This document shows positions 51,506-62,264 of a DNA stretch of 64,000 nucleotides, one piece after another. The notes under the pieces are model-generated. The model saw only the letters and a program-made list of their open reading frames with translations, was not told the DNA's origin and did not search any database. Where the stretch lies: contig CAVZZZ010000005.1 of assembly GCA_963780045.1 (NCBI GenBank), positions 743,255-807,254 on the forward strand, given 5' to 3'. Position numbers and translations under genes: made by a program. How positions within the stretch are numbered: the first letter of the stretch is position 1; each line of letters begins with the position of its first letter. This stretch comes from an uncultured Planctomycetia bacterium. GTDB lineage: Bacteria > Planctomycetota > Planctomycetia > Pirellulales > Thermoguttaceae.

Positions 51506-54447
51506 TCACTTCTCGAACCGGGCGAGCCGCTCTTTGTAAAGCGTGCGGTCGCCGTCCATCTCGATGCAGCGTCGGGCAAGCCGCACAGCCTCGGCGCGGC
51601 TGCCGCGGCGGAATTGCACCTCGGCTAGCGTGTCGAGGATGCCAGGCGATTGCGGGGCAAGCTCCACCGCCCGTTGCGCGTTGACCAGCGCCATGTCCAG
51701 ATCGCGGTCGAGGTTTGCCGCGAGCCAGGCGAGATCGTTGCGGCAGCCGGCGCAACGGGGAAAATCGCGGCAGTCGGCCTGCAGCCGGTCGGCCATGCGT
51801 CGGTAAAGAGCGTCGGCCTCGGCCGCGGCGCCCTGCTTGCGCAAAGCGGCGTCGCAGTCCAACGCCAACTGCACGTTGACCGGCATGACCGCCTCCGCCC
51901 GGCGGATTTCCTCGACCGCACGGGCCGTTTTGTTCGCGGCCTCGGCGGATGGCACGCGGAGCGTGCCTGCTACATTAAGGAAAGTCAGTGCCCGGCCGCG
52001 GTGGAGCGAGTAAGACATATTGAGATAGAAGCGGGCGTCGGGCATGGAGAGTCCGCCGGCAGCGACCAGCGCGATGGTCCGTTCCATGGCGGCCGCCCAT
52101 GGAGGCTCGGAGCCGGGCGCGGGGACCGCGGAGTTGCCGGCACCACTGGCCGCTCCTTGCTCCTTGCTCTCCGCCTCGCCGAGTTCCCAAAGCGTTTGCA
52201 CAAGCGACCGGTCATCGAAATCGGCCGTCCGCAAGAGCAGCTTTTGCTGGCGGCCGGCTTCGTCATTTTCGTGAAGCCGAACCAGCGTGCGGACCAGGTC
52301 CAGCCGGGCCTCGCCGTCGCCCAGCGCGACGGTGAGTGCCGCTTCCTTGTTCTTGCCGCCGGCCGCGTCGCCTTTCTTGGTTTGCACCCAACCGAGCTGG
52401 TAGAGCGCCGCGGCGCAGTGCGGGTCCTTGTTCCAGGCGGCATTGAAGGCCCGTTCGGCAAGGTCCCATTCCTTGTGCTCCACAAGGAAGTTGCCCAATT
52501 CCAAGAGCGTCGCGCGGAAAGTCCAAACGTGGACGTGAGCGCGGCATAGCGTACGGCGGTCGCGTCATCGCCGCAGCGGTGGTAAAGCGCGGCCAAGGCG
52601 AGCATGCGGCGGGCGCGGCGTTCGCGGCGCTCCTCCAGGCCAAGCTGGTTTCCCCCCGCGGCGAGAATTGCGACGCGCGTTGCCCGCGGCGCGAGCTGGT
52701 TCAGCTCGGCAAGCAGCTTGTCGTCAGGCTTGGCCGTCAGAATCCGCCGGATGTTGCCAAGCGTTGCCTTCGGCTCTTCGTTGGGCAATTCGCCCCGCCG
52801 GGCTTCCCACAACATGACGGCTGCCTCTCCCTGCTGGGGATGCAACGTCCTCAGGGCGTCTTCGACGATTTCGGAATCCTTCGCGATCAGTCTGGCAGCC
52901 AAGGCGTCGGTACGATCGGGCCGGGCAAGCTCGATGGCGGTCTCGATCAGCCCCAGACGAAGGCCGCCCGGCTGCGAAGCCAGCACTTCGTCTGAAATGG
53001 CTGTCAGCAATTGCTGTGCGCGATCATCCTCGCCGATCTCGTGCAGGGCTTTGGCCGCGGATTCGCCCAAGGCGACGCGCTCGGGCGAGACGCGCCTCTC
53101 GCCGGCCTTCAACCATGCGGCCCAATCGGTTTTGCCGGCATTAGGATCGATCTTGGCCAGGCGCAAGGCATCGTTCATGCGGTCTTGCCCGGCCAGCAAC
53201 TCAAACGCCGTCGCGGGCGCGACGGGCGTCATCATCTCGACGCAGGCATCCACGCGATCCGCAAGGACCAACGGCTTGACCAGAAACCGCGGATCGAGCT
53301 TCTGGGTCTTCACGGCTTCGACGGAAGCGGCAACCGCGGAATCGCGGGCGACTTTGTCGCCGGCGAGGTGGCGGAAGGCGATGACCCGCGCAACGCGGCC
53401 CGGTCCCGTGGGAAGACCGGCCAACGTGCCGATGGGAATCTGCGCGTCGATCTTGGCAAGTTCTTTCCAGTTGCACGATTCGACCAGCAAGTTGTCTCGC
53501 AGGGCAGAGTCGCCGGCCGCGTTGGCCGCCGCGATCGCGCCGGGCAGGTCGCCATTGACGCGCAGAAACCAAGCGAGCTTCCGCTGCGCGGCGGCATCGC
53601 CCGGCTTCAGCCGGCCGCGGAGCTTTGCGATCTCCGCCGGCAGTTTGTTTCGCGCCAGCAGCAGCGCTGCGTAGTCGCGAAACAAGGGCCCGCTGTCGGC
53701 GTCGCGGAGAAGCACTTCGGCGGCGTCCAGCTCGCGCTGGGCTATTCTCGTTCGCACCTGGCTGGCGGTATCCGGCTCCACTGGCGCGGCCGCGGGACCA
53801 AACACAACTGTGTTGCCGTAGTATCTCCCGCGGCCGCGGCGATTCAATTGGTCGCGCAGGCTTTGGTCCGGCTCGGCAGCCAACAACTGTTGCAACAGAT
53901 CCTGCTTGCCGGAATTCCTCAGCTCTTGGGCAATCTGCAATTTGACGTTGAAACTGCCCAGGTGGAACCGCGCGATCAGCTCCGCCGTCTCGGCGGGCGT
54001 GTCGGGGTATATGCCCATGCGAAACAGAGCGAGGATTTGACGGGCGCGGTAAACCGTCTCGAAGTCGTCGCCTTCGGTAATGACGCGCTCCAACGCGGGC
54101 TGAGCCTCGCGTCCAACCTTCCAGAGCCGCTGGGAGGCACCTTCCCGAATGATGAAGCTGGGGCTTGCAAGCTCGGCAACCGCCTTTTCAATCGAAGATT
54201 TCGCCGCGGTCGCGGATTCGCTCGGCTTGGTTTTCTTCGCGCGATCCGTCGGGGGCGTCTGGGCAAAACAACGCCCTGCGACCGCGAGCATTGCCACAAG
54301 AGCCAGCCACCGGCCTGCCAGTCCGGCGTCCCATTGGCGATTCGTGGGGAATGGCACGATCATTGGCTTATCGGATCGGCGGTAAGGCGGGAATCTGCGT
54401 GTCACATGGCCGAGACCTCCTATTATATCAGCGAGGCGAGATTTCAT
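51506..54447 (-). pseudogene. large secreted HEAT/TPR-repeat protein (one frame break near 52510-52530 as given)
   Basis: ORF 51985..55305 is meaningful only from 'MKSRLADII' (ATG 54447) or 'MIVPFPTN...LALVAMLAVAGRCFAQ' (ATG 54363). The C-terminal TPRs are in ORF 51506..52504 ('AALYQLGWVQTKKGD', 'LAWLAANLDRDLDMALVNAQRAVELAP'). Confidence 0.65.
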
Positions 54448-54600
54448 GGCATACCCCCCATGCGGGAAATGCGGCCAGAATTGGCAGCCTTTTATCCTCT
54501 GGCGTATGATTCTATACTTATTGTGCGACGCCGAGACGGCAAAAAACGCGCCGCTGGTCTGGCATGGCTTTCGGCGCCGCAGAAAAGGAACGCAATTGAA

Positions 54601-55344
54601 ATGAATCGCTATGGCTCTTTGAGCGATGATTTCTATGTCAATATGAACCTCAGTACGGAAATGGAGCTGCCGGCCGGTCGCGAGACCGTGCTCCATTTCT
54701 TCGAGCGCGTGCAGAAGACATTTCCCACGATGAGGAATTTCTATTCCCGCGACCGGGGGGATTTTATCCTCGAAGAGGACAAAGACGGCGGCAACTACCG
54801 CTGGAGTACGATCGAACCGCGGCGGGTCTGCTCCGGCTACGTCAATCCGCCCTCGGTGGACGACGCCATGCGCCAGCACGAGCTGGTCCTCGACCTGGCC
54901 CCCTACATGCTTTCCGTCAGTCCGCTGGATTGCGAAGCTTTGGATCTGTTGTACGGCTTTGACTTTACCTATCGCGGCAATCACAACGAGCTGATCGCCG
55001 AAGCCCTGGGAATCGGCACAGCGCTGGAGCGAGTCCTGGACGTGCCGGGCGCCACGGTCATCAACTGCGAGCCGTCCATCACCGTCGCCCTGGACGAGGA
55101 GTGCCGAGTCCAGTTCCGAATCGGCATGGAGACCCGCACCAATGCCTACCATGTTCGCACGGGCGATTTCCCCGAGGAGCAACTGAGCGTCTACGTGACC
55201 GCCCGGCAGTATGGAAGTTTGTCCGCGGAAAAGACTTACGTCGAGACCGTCCGACACCTGCGGGAGATTTGCGAGGACATGCTGGACAACCACGTAATTG
55301 AGCATGTGATTAATCCCTTGGCACGAACGATCTCCATGAAATAG
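54601..55344 (+). CDS. conserved hypothetical protein (~247 aa)
   Basis: This is the 3' part of track ORF 53011..55344, starting at ATG 54601 ('MNRYGSLSDDFYVNMNL'). Its composition is normal, unlike the Arg/Gly-rich upstream part that lies antisense to the TPR gene. Confidence 0.6.
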   Translation: MNRYGSLSDDFYVNMNLSTEMELPAGRETVLHFFERVQKTFPTMRNFYSRDRGDFILEEDKDGGNYRWSTIEPRRVCSGYVNPPSVDDAMRQHELVLDLAPYMLSVSPLDCEALDLLYGFDFTYRGNHNELIAEALGIGTALERVLDVPGATVINCEPSITVALDEECRVQFRIGMETRTNAYHVRTGDFPEEQLSVYVTARQYGSLSAEKTYVETVRHLREICEDMLDNHVIEHVINPLARTISMK

Positions 55345-55430
55345 CGGATAGACACCCCCGGCGGCGTTCGGTTATAATCGGGGGCTGGTCGGAACCGCTT
55401 AATCTATTCATTCAAAGGGCTGTAACTACC

Positions 55431-55753
55431 ATGCCACTTTTTGAAATCGAAACTCCGTCGCATATCATCATCACCTGGGCGAACGACGAGCAGTCGGCTG
55501 TCGGTGTTGTCCAGGAAAACTACCCCAAGGAGGAAGCCCTTCGCATTACCAAGCGCCCCGCGACACGTGGGTCATCTCCAAGGCAGCCTTGGGGATCAAC
55601 GGCGCCGCCGACCCCTGTTCCACCGCCCGCGATTGCCTTGCCAAGGCGGAGGGCGACAAGCTGCACGCGATCCGCCTCTACATGCATCATACCGGCACCG
55701 ACCTGGAGCACGCGCGGAAGGCGATCGAATCGAACATGGTCATGGGCTGGTAG
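55431..55753 (+). pseudogene. small protein with bL12-CTD-like helix-turn segment (frame break in C-run 55556-55559 as given)
   Basis: The first frame reads 'MPLFEIETPSHIIITWANDEQSAVGVVQENYPKEEALRITKRP'. The second reads 'RDTWVISKAALGINGAADPCSTARDCLAKAEGDKLHAIRLYMHHTGTDLEHARKAIESNMVMGW' and ends at TAG 55751-55753. Confidence 0.45.
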
Positions 55754-55755
55754 TC

Positions 55756-57171
55756 GTGGAAGGTGACATTGACGCTGTAGTGGACTTCCAGCCATTTGGC
55801 CGGGAAGACTGGCGCCGTTTCTGGCACGAATTGAGCGCGGACGACCGCCAATCGCTCACGCGACAATTTCGGGAGATCAATTTCCCACTGGTCCAGAGGC
55901 TCTTCTCCCAACGGCAAGACCAGAGCAACTTTCGCGAGTTGGCGATGCGCGCGCCGCCGCCGGCCTTTCGTCTGAACACAACCCATAACCGCTTCTCGCC
56001 CGAGGAGGCCCGCGCGGGGTCGGCAAGCGCTCGCCGCCGGAGAAGTGGGAGTGATTCTCGTCGCCGGCGGGCAGGGAACCCGCTTGGGCTTCGATCACCC
56101 CAAGGGCATGTTTCCCATCGGGCCTGTCTCCGACCGCACGCTCTTTCAGATCCATATCGAAAAGCTGCTGGCCGCGGCGGGTTGCTATGGCGTTCGGATA
56201 CCGCTTTACATGATGGTCAGCCCCGCAACCTATGGGGAGACAGTCCAGTTTCTGGCCTCGCACGACCGTTTCGGACTGGCAGCCGAAGATCTGCAAGTCT
56301 TTAGCCAGGGGACGATGCCTGCGTTGGATGCGACGACCGGCCGACTGCTGCTTGAATCGCCCGGCCGCTTGCGCGGAGTCCCGACGGTCACGGTGGAATG
56401 TTGGCGGCGCTCGCCTCCAGCGGGGCGATGGACGACGCCCAGCGGCGCGGCTTGCGGCAGTTGTTCTATTTCCAGGTCGATAATCCGCTGGTCGATATCG
56501 CCGGGCCGGAGTACATCGGCTATCACATTCTTGCCGGCGCGGAAATGACGACGCAGGTCATCGCCAAGCGCGACCCGCTGGAGAAGGTGGGAAACGTGGC
56601 AGTCGTCGACGGACGCTTGATGGTCATCGAATACAGCGATCTGCCGGACGACGTCGCTCGCATGACGAACACGGACGGCACCTTGAAGATTTGGGCGGGC
56701 AGCATCGCGGTCCACGTGTTCGATTTGGACTTCCTTCGTCGAGCGACAGAGCAGCTAGACTCAGGGCAGCTCGATTCGCAATCGGACGTGCTGCCATTCC
56801 ACATCGCGCACAAGAAGGTCGCCTTTATCGACCCTTCGGGCCGCCGCATCGAGCCAGACAAGCCCAACGCCATCAAGTTCGAGCGGTTCATATTCGACCT
56901 GATGCCCGCCGCGCGCAATGCGATCGTCGTGGAAGTCGACCCGGCCACTGCCTTCGCGCCGTTGAAGAACGGCTCCGGCGCCGCGACGGACACGCCCGAA
57001 TCGGTGAAGGCGCAGATGGTCGCCGTGTACCGCCGTTGGCTCGAGGCAGCGGGCGCGAAAGTTGACGACGTTGCGGTGGAAATCAGCCCTTTCCTGGCAC
57101 TGGACGCCGAGGAGCTATGCGGCAAGTTCCGTCCAGGAAGGAGAATAGCAGAGCCGACTTATCTGCAATAG
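55756..57171 (+). pseudogene. UDP-N-acetylhexosamine / UTP-sugar-1-phosphate pyrophosphorylase (UDPGP family), two frame breaks as given
   Basis: 'FQPFGREDWRRFWHELSADDRQSL', '[28 protein letters not shown]', '[11 protein letters not shown]', 'KVGNVAVVDGRLMVIEYSDLP', 'NAIKFERFIFD'. The three fragments are in track ORFs 55441.., 56045.. and 56398..57171. The breaks are near 56005-56015 and 56370-56395. Confidence 0.75.
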
Positions 57172-57269
57172 CTCGCTGCTGAAAACCGGCTTACAAAAAA
57201 TCCTTGTCACGTTTTCCGCGGTTTGCTTTATAGAACTGTAGAGGCCCGAATCAACGTAGGGATCCGGCT

Positions 57270-58787
57270 ATGAGCGAACCTGTACTTTGCCCCCAGTGCG
57301 GCACCGAAATCCCCAGCGGCGCCGCCGCCGGGCTTTGCCCGAAATGCCTGGTGCTGGCCGGTCTGGAAAGCAATAAGCCGAACGATCCTCGCCTGGAGCC
57401 GACATTTGCCTCGCCGCCGCCGGCAAGCTCGCCAGAAGTGGCGGCCTACAGTGTGGAAGAACTGACGGCGCGGTTTCCCCAACTGGACATTCTGGAATTG
57501 CTAGGCCGTGGCGGGATGGGCGCCGTCTACAAGGCGCGGCAGAAGCATCTAGACCGCCTCATCGCCGTGAAGATTCTGCCTCCGGAGGTCAGCGGCAACC
57601 CGGCCTTCTCCGAGCGCTTTACCCGCGAAGCACGAGCTTTGGCTCGATTGAGCCATCCTAATATCGTCGGCGTGCATGATTTTGGCCAGACCGCCGACGG
57701 CCTCTTCTACTTCATCATGGAATACGTCGACGGCGTGAACTTGCGGCAGGCAATCCAGTCGGGCAACATCGATCCGAAGCAGGCCCTGGCGATCGTGCCG
57801 CAGATTTGTGACGCTTTGCAATTCGCGCACGACGAAGGCGTCGTGCATCGCGACATCAAGCCGGAAAACATCCTCATCGACAAGCGCGGGCGGGTGAAGA
57901 TCGCCGACTTCGGCCTGGCCAAGCTGCTGGGCCAGGAGGCCGCCGACCACGGTCTGACCGCGACGCAGCAGGTCCTGGGCACGCTCCGCTACATGGCGCC
58001 GGAGCAGATGGAAGGCAAGAAGAGCGTCGATCACCGCGCAGACATCTATTCGCTGGGCGTGGTGTTCTACGAGCTTTTGACCGGCGAGTTGCCCATCGGC
58101 CGCTTCGCGCCGCCGTCGAAGAAGGTAGAGATAGACGTGCGGCTGGACGAGGTTGTCTTGCGGGCGTTGGAAAAGGAGCCGGAAAAAAGGTATCAGCACG
58201 CCAGCGACGTGAAGACCGAGGTAGAGCAGATTCGCAGCGGGCCAGCGGCGCCCAAGGGCAACGTCGGCGCGGCCGTTGCGAACGATCGTGGGTTCGCCGC
58301 CGCGCTGGTGATTGCTTTGGCGGCGGCATGGGCCGCGCTACTGTTCATCACAGACGGCAACAGACTGCCTTCGTTCCTTCCGCTTAACCCGGCCGTAATC
58401 GTCGGAGTCCATCTACTTTTTCCGCCGGCAGTCGCGGTGCTGGCGGCGTGGCTCTTTTGGCTGCGATCGAGGCGGACGAACGAATCATTCCTCGACCGGC
58501 TTGCCCGGCCCGCGCCGATGCTCGCCGGTTGCCATCTGCTGGTGTTCACGATCTCCCTGTTTGCCTCGGGATACGACCGCCTGGCATGGGACCGCGTCTG
58601 GTTCTCAACGCCGGTTAGCAGTGTTAGCGCTGCCGACTTGTTCGGCGCGAAGACCTGGCTTACGTGGTGCGGCCATGGGACAGTTGGGTCGGACCGCTGG
58701 CGGCGATCTCGGCCGGCCTGGGCCTTTTGGTACTGGTGGCAACGGCCGCCTTGCCGCGCTATACGCGGTTGCGGGCCGCGGTCTTGA
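57270..58787 (+). CDS. Hanks-type Ser/Thr protein kinase with N-terminal zinc ribbon and TM segments (STK3)
   Basis: 'CPQCGTEIPSGAAAGLCPKC', 'GRGGMGAVYKA', 'HRDIKPENILI', 'DFGLAK', 'GTLRYMAPEQ'. Hydrophobic helices follow. The last ~40 codons look out of frame (Arg/Trp-rich). Confidence 0.85.
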   Translation: MSEPVLCPQCGTEIPSGAAAGLCPKCLVLAGLESNKPNDPRLEPTFASPPPASSPEVAAYSVEELTARFPQLDILELLGRGGMGAVYKARQKHLDRLIAVKILPPEVSGNPAFSERFTREARALARLSHPNIVGVHDFGQTADGLFYFIMEYVDGVNLRQAIQSGNIDPKQALAIVPQICDALQFAHDEGVVHRDIKPENILIDKRGRVKIADFGLAKLLGQEAADHGLTATQQVLGTLRYMAPEQMEGKKSVDHRADIYSLGVVFYELLTGELPIGRFAPPSKKVEIDVRLDEVVLRALEKEPEKRYQHASDVKTEVEQIRSGPAAPKGNVGAAVANDRGFAAALVIALAAAWAALLFITDGNRLPSFLPLNPAVIVGVHLLFPPAVAVLAAWLFWLRSRRTNESFLDRLARPAPMLAGCHLLVFTISLFASGYDRLAWDRVWFSTPVSSVSAADLFGAKTWLTWCGHGTVGSDRWRRSRPAWAFWYWWQRPPCRAIRGCGPRS

Positions 58788-60722
58788 CAATGGTCGCTCT
58801 GATCACCCTGGGGGCGGTCGTGGAATACGTGGCCGTACGGCCTCCGAAGTCGGCAACGTACACCCGCCAGCAATATCGGGAAATCGATCGCGAGCATGCC
58901 GACGGTTTCTCGGATTACGACTCGTTTATCCGAATGGCCGATGCCGATTTCGAATCGTTTCGTCAGAGGTATGATCGGCATGTCGCGGACGGAGCCCGGC
59001 CGACCGTGGATAAAAGCCGCGCCGTCACCGACGGCGAGCTTTCCAAGATAAAGGCCGAACATTCCCAGATAGTCGTCCGCCATTACTTTCAGGACGAAAT
59101 CGCATGGTTCTTATTGCCCGGCGGACTGCTTCTGCTTTGCGGGGCGTTGACCTGGCGGCTCGCGCCGGCGACGGAGCGGTTCGCGTCCTCGGCGCCGCGG
59201 CTCGCGCCGCTGGCCATCGCCGGGCTGGTCGTAGGCATCGTCGGTCTCTTATGCGTCACACTGCTGCTTGCGATTCTCTTCACACGGGGCGAGGAACACG
59301 TGGTCATGTATCACGGCACGCCGGAACAATATGAATTGTTGCTGGAACAAGCGATGCAGAAACGAGCTTGGGAGAACATGGTGGCAGCCAGCCTCACATC
59401 GGGCATGGCCGTTTCCTGGCTCGCAATGTCCGTACTGGGCGCGATTGCGTTCGCGCAGATTCGCCGCTCGGGCGACAAGCTTTACGGCTTGCGGCTGTCG
59501 CTGTTGCAAGCTCTTGTGGCGCCCACGATTCTGGCCGATCTCGCCCTCATGGCCGTGGTGAGCGCAATTGTTGTCGCTTGGCAACAGCAAAATCCGGGAC
59601 GAGGAGGCGACATTGCGGTGCCGCTTGCGACGATGGCTATTGGCACGCTTGTCGTGCTTGTCGCGGACGCCCTGGTTTGGCGGCTGGTTTGGAGAAAGCT
59701 CCTCGGTCCGCCGGTTGCCCAGAAGCAATCCCGCGGCTCGCGCCGGCGATTGCTTGTCGCTGTCGCGGCCTTGGTCCTCTTTGGTTCCGCAGTGGCCGCA
59801 TGGTATGCATGGTTTCCGCCGGCGACTACTCCGCTGAGCGCGCGCCTCGTGGGAGCGTGGAACGGCGCCGCCAGCAACGTGCCGGGCTGGCAGTACAGGG
59901 CCGAAGCAGTTTTCAAAGACGACGGAACTTATTCATGGTCGGATGAAAGCGTATCCGACGACGGGCGCTCCAGAGCGAGCAGCCGGCCCCAGGGCGATGC
60001 CCGGTGGAATGTGGTCGGAGAGCAGGGAAACGAACTGCGACTCCACATCCATTGGGGCAACGAGACCGTCTTGGACTTCAACGGCGAGAATGAGTTCGCG
60101 ATGACGGTGCTGGGAGCCGGGCCCGGCGTCGCCAGGCCAACCTTCCATCGCGCCGGCAACGGCCGCGCAAGCAAACCCGCTTGCCGGCTCGGCCTTCTTG
60201 GGCATCGCGGCGCTTTCGTTTGCATCGATCGCGGCGATGGCCGTAGGGGGACGTCGTCGCAATCGCATAGCAACGCAGCCGGCTGGTGGCCTGGCCCCGC
60301 CGCTCGTCATCTCCGATCAGGTCCGCACGATGGGCAGGATCAGCCTTTGGACCGCGATCGTCGGCCTGGTAGGGCCGATACTGCTCGCCTTGAACGGGAC
60401 GCTGCTGGGAATCTTCGTGCGCCTGCCGGAGGGATACTACATTCTCTGTGCCGCGCTGATGGTTCTCCTGGAGCTTGCGGCGCTGGTGTGCGGAATTGTC
60501 GGCCGGCGCACAGCGTCCGGCAAAGCGGGCATCGCGATCGCCGTCGTCGCGGTCGTGCTCGTGGCCACAGTGGTGACGTTCCTTCTTTTCGTCGTCAAGG
60601 AGGACGACAGGAAGGCCACCACGACCGCTACGATACAAGTTCCTCCCACCATGCAGAGAGCACCGGCGAGCACGGCGCCGGGCGTCCAAAAGCCTGCCGC
60701 GAAGAATGCCGGCAAACATTGA
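58664..60722 (+). pseudogene. polytopic membrane protein, probably the C-terminal continuation of STK3 (frame breaks near 58650-58665 and 60180-60195)
   Basis: Track ORF 58664..61012 is meaningful up to about 60180 (TM helices, then 'WNGAASNVPGWQYRAEAVFKDDGTYSW'). It continues in ORF 60198..60722 (four more TM helices). It overlaps the kinase ORF by 124 nt. Confidence 0.5.
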
Positions 60723-60778
60723 GCGAACGGCAGCATTGCTCCCAGCGTAAGGGTTGCGGTAGAATAACGCGTAGTGCC

Positions 60779-61012
60779 ATGTTGGTTTTGGCACCGCTCG
60801 TTCACGTCATGTCCAGCAAACCCCGCACAGGTTCGGCACGCGAATCGAAGGCTTCCACGCCGCAAGCGGCATGGCGACTTCCTGAGGCGCCCGTTTCGGC
60901 GCCGCGGCCAAGCAGCAGAGCGCGGTGGCTATTGGCCGCGGCAGTCGCGCTGCAAGCCGCCTGGATCATCGGGCTGGCGGCAATGGCCGTGTGGGTGCAT
61001 TGGAAGCGGTAG
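60779..61012 (+). CDS. small single-TM hypothetical protein
   Basis: ATG 60779. The C-terminal helix is 'WLLAAAVALQAAWIIGLAAMAVWV'. This is a weak call. Confidence 0.3.
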   Translation: MLVLAPLVHVMSSKPRTGSARESKASTPQAAWRLPEAPVSAPRPSSRARWLLAAAVALQAAWIIGLAAMAVWVHWKR

Positions 61013-61015
61013 ACG

Positions 61016-61152
61016 GTAGGGTGCGTGAAGCGAATCGCCGCGGAAATGGTGGGTTTCGCACCGAGTCAAACGTGCCGCAACGCCTGACCGTGGTTTGAAT
61101 GATTCGCGTAACGCACCATCTACTGGCGAGCTCCGTGCTGCACCCACCCTAC
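61016..61152. repeat. imperfect inverted-repeat element between convergent genes
   Basis: The left arm 'gtagggtgcgtgaagcgaatcgc' (61016-61038) pairs with 'gattcgcgtaacgcac' (61101-61116) and 'cacccaccctac' (61141-61152). Confidence 0.5.
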
Positions 61153-61164
61153 AGCTCCCTGCGT

Positions 61165-61797
61165 CTACACCAGCCCCTTCCGCACCGCCCAGACCGCCGC
61201 CTGAGTCCGATCGCTTACTGCGATCTTGCGTAAGATGTTTTGCACGTGTTCCTTCACGGTTTCCACGCTGATCTCCAGCGAGCGGCCGATTTCCTTGTTG
61301 CTCAGCCCAAGGGCCACGTGCCGCAAGACCTGCGTTTCGCGCTGCGTGAGCGGCACGTCGTCGTCGTCCACCACCTGGCGGACCTTCATCATCGTCGCTA
61401 CTTTCTTCAGCTCGCCCGCCCGGCTGGGCGATTCGCCGTTCGCCGCGGCCGCAATGGTGGCAATGATGTCGTCCCGCGACGAACCCTTGAGAACGTAATC
61501 GGTCGCGCCGAAGGCAACGGCGCGGGCAATGTAGGTCGGATTGTCGTAGGTGGAGAGCATCACGACCTTTGACTCGGGCACCTTCGCGCGGAGCTTCTCC
61601 AGCGTTGAAAGGCCGTCGCCGTCGGGCATGCGGATATCCAGCAGAATAACGTCGGGCTTGAGCTTCAGCGCCTGCTTGAGCGACTCCTTGCCGTTCTCCG
61701 CCTCGCCGACGATTTCAACCTCGCTGCCCTGGAACAGGCTCGCCAACCCAGTGCGAATGACATGGTGGTCATCGCAGATCAAAACTTTGATACCCAT
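61165..61797 (-). CDS. NarL/FixJ-family response regulator (receiver + LuxR-type HTH)
   Basis: 'VLICDDHHVIRTGL', 'DVILLDIRMPDGDG', 'LTQRETQVLRHVALGLSNKEIGRSLEISVETVKEHVQNILRKI'. Confidence 0.9.
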   Translation of the reverse strand: MGIKVLICDDHHVIRTGLASLFQGSEVEIVGEAENGKESLKQALKLKPDVILLDIRMPDGDGLSTLEKLRAKVPESKVVMLSTYDNPTYIARAVAFGATDYVLKGSSRDDIIATIAAAANGESPSRAGELKKVATMMKVRQVVDDDDVPLTQRETQVLRHVALGLSNKEIGRSLEISVETVKEHVQNILRKIAVSDRTQAAVWAVRKGLV

Positions 61798-62264
61798 GGA
61801 ACCTCCAACAACTCGTTAGTTTCCGCGCCAGCGCGCTTAGGAGTCCCTGACAAAACCGATACCAGGTGGATAAACTCGTTGCCAAACGATCGGTTCTCAG
61901 GCACGGACTCTAAATTACCTCCTGATATTGTAATCCACCTGCGGGCGATTTGAAACCCCCCAAACATACATAATTTCCCCCCCGACTCAGTGGGTTTTTT
62001 GGCCTGTTACGCGGCAATTGGAGGGGGATAGCCCAATCAGAGGGATGTACCAATTCTACGTCATTGTAGTTCGACCTCGCTGGGTGTCAAAGCGCCTCGC
62101 GCGTTGACTTGTCGTCTGCGTAACGTAGATATTTGGCAACGGAAGTACGCCAGGCTTTCCAGCCGGACAGGACCGAAATTGGGCCGGCCGCAAGGGCAGT
62201 TTTGCGCACATTCAAGATGTCAACCTTCAAAAGCTGACGTACTCTCACAGCGGACAAGCACCCT

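Noticed and set aside
53011-54600. 5' two-thirds of the 777-aa ORF 53011..55344
   Set aside because: It is antisense to the TPR gene and Arg/Gly-rich. Only the part from ATG 54601 has normal protein composition.
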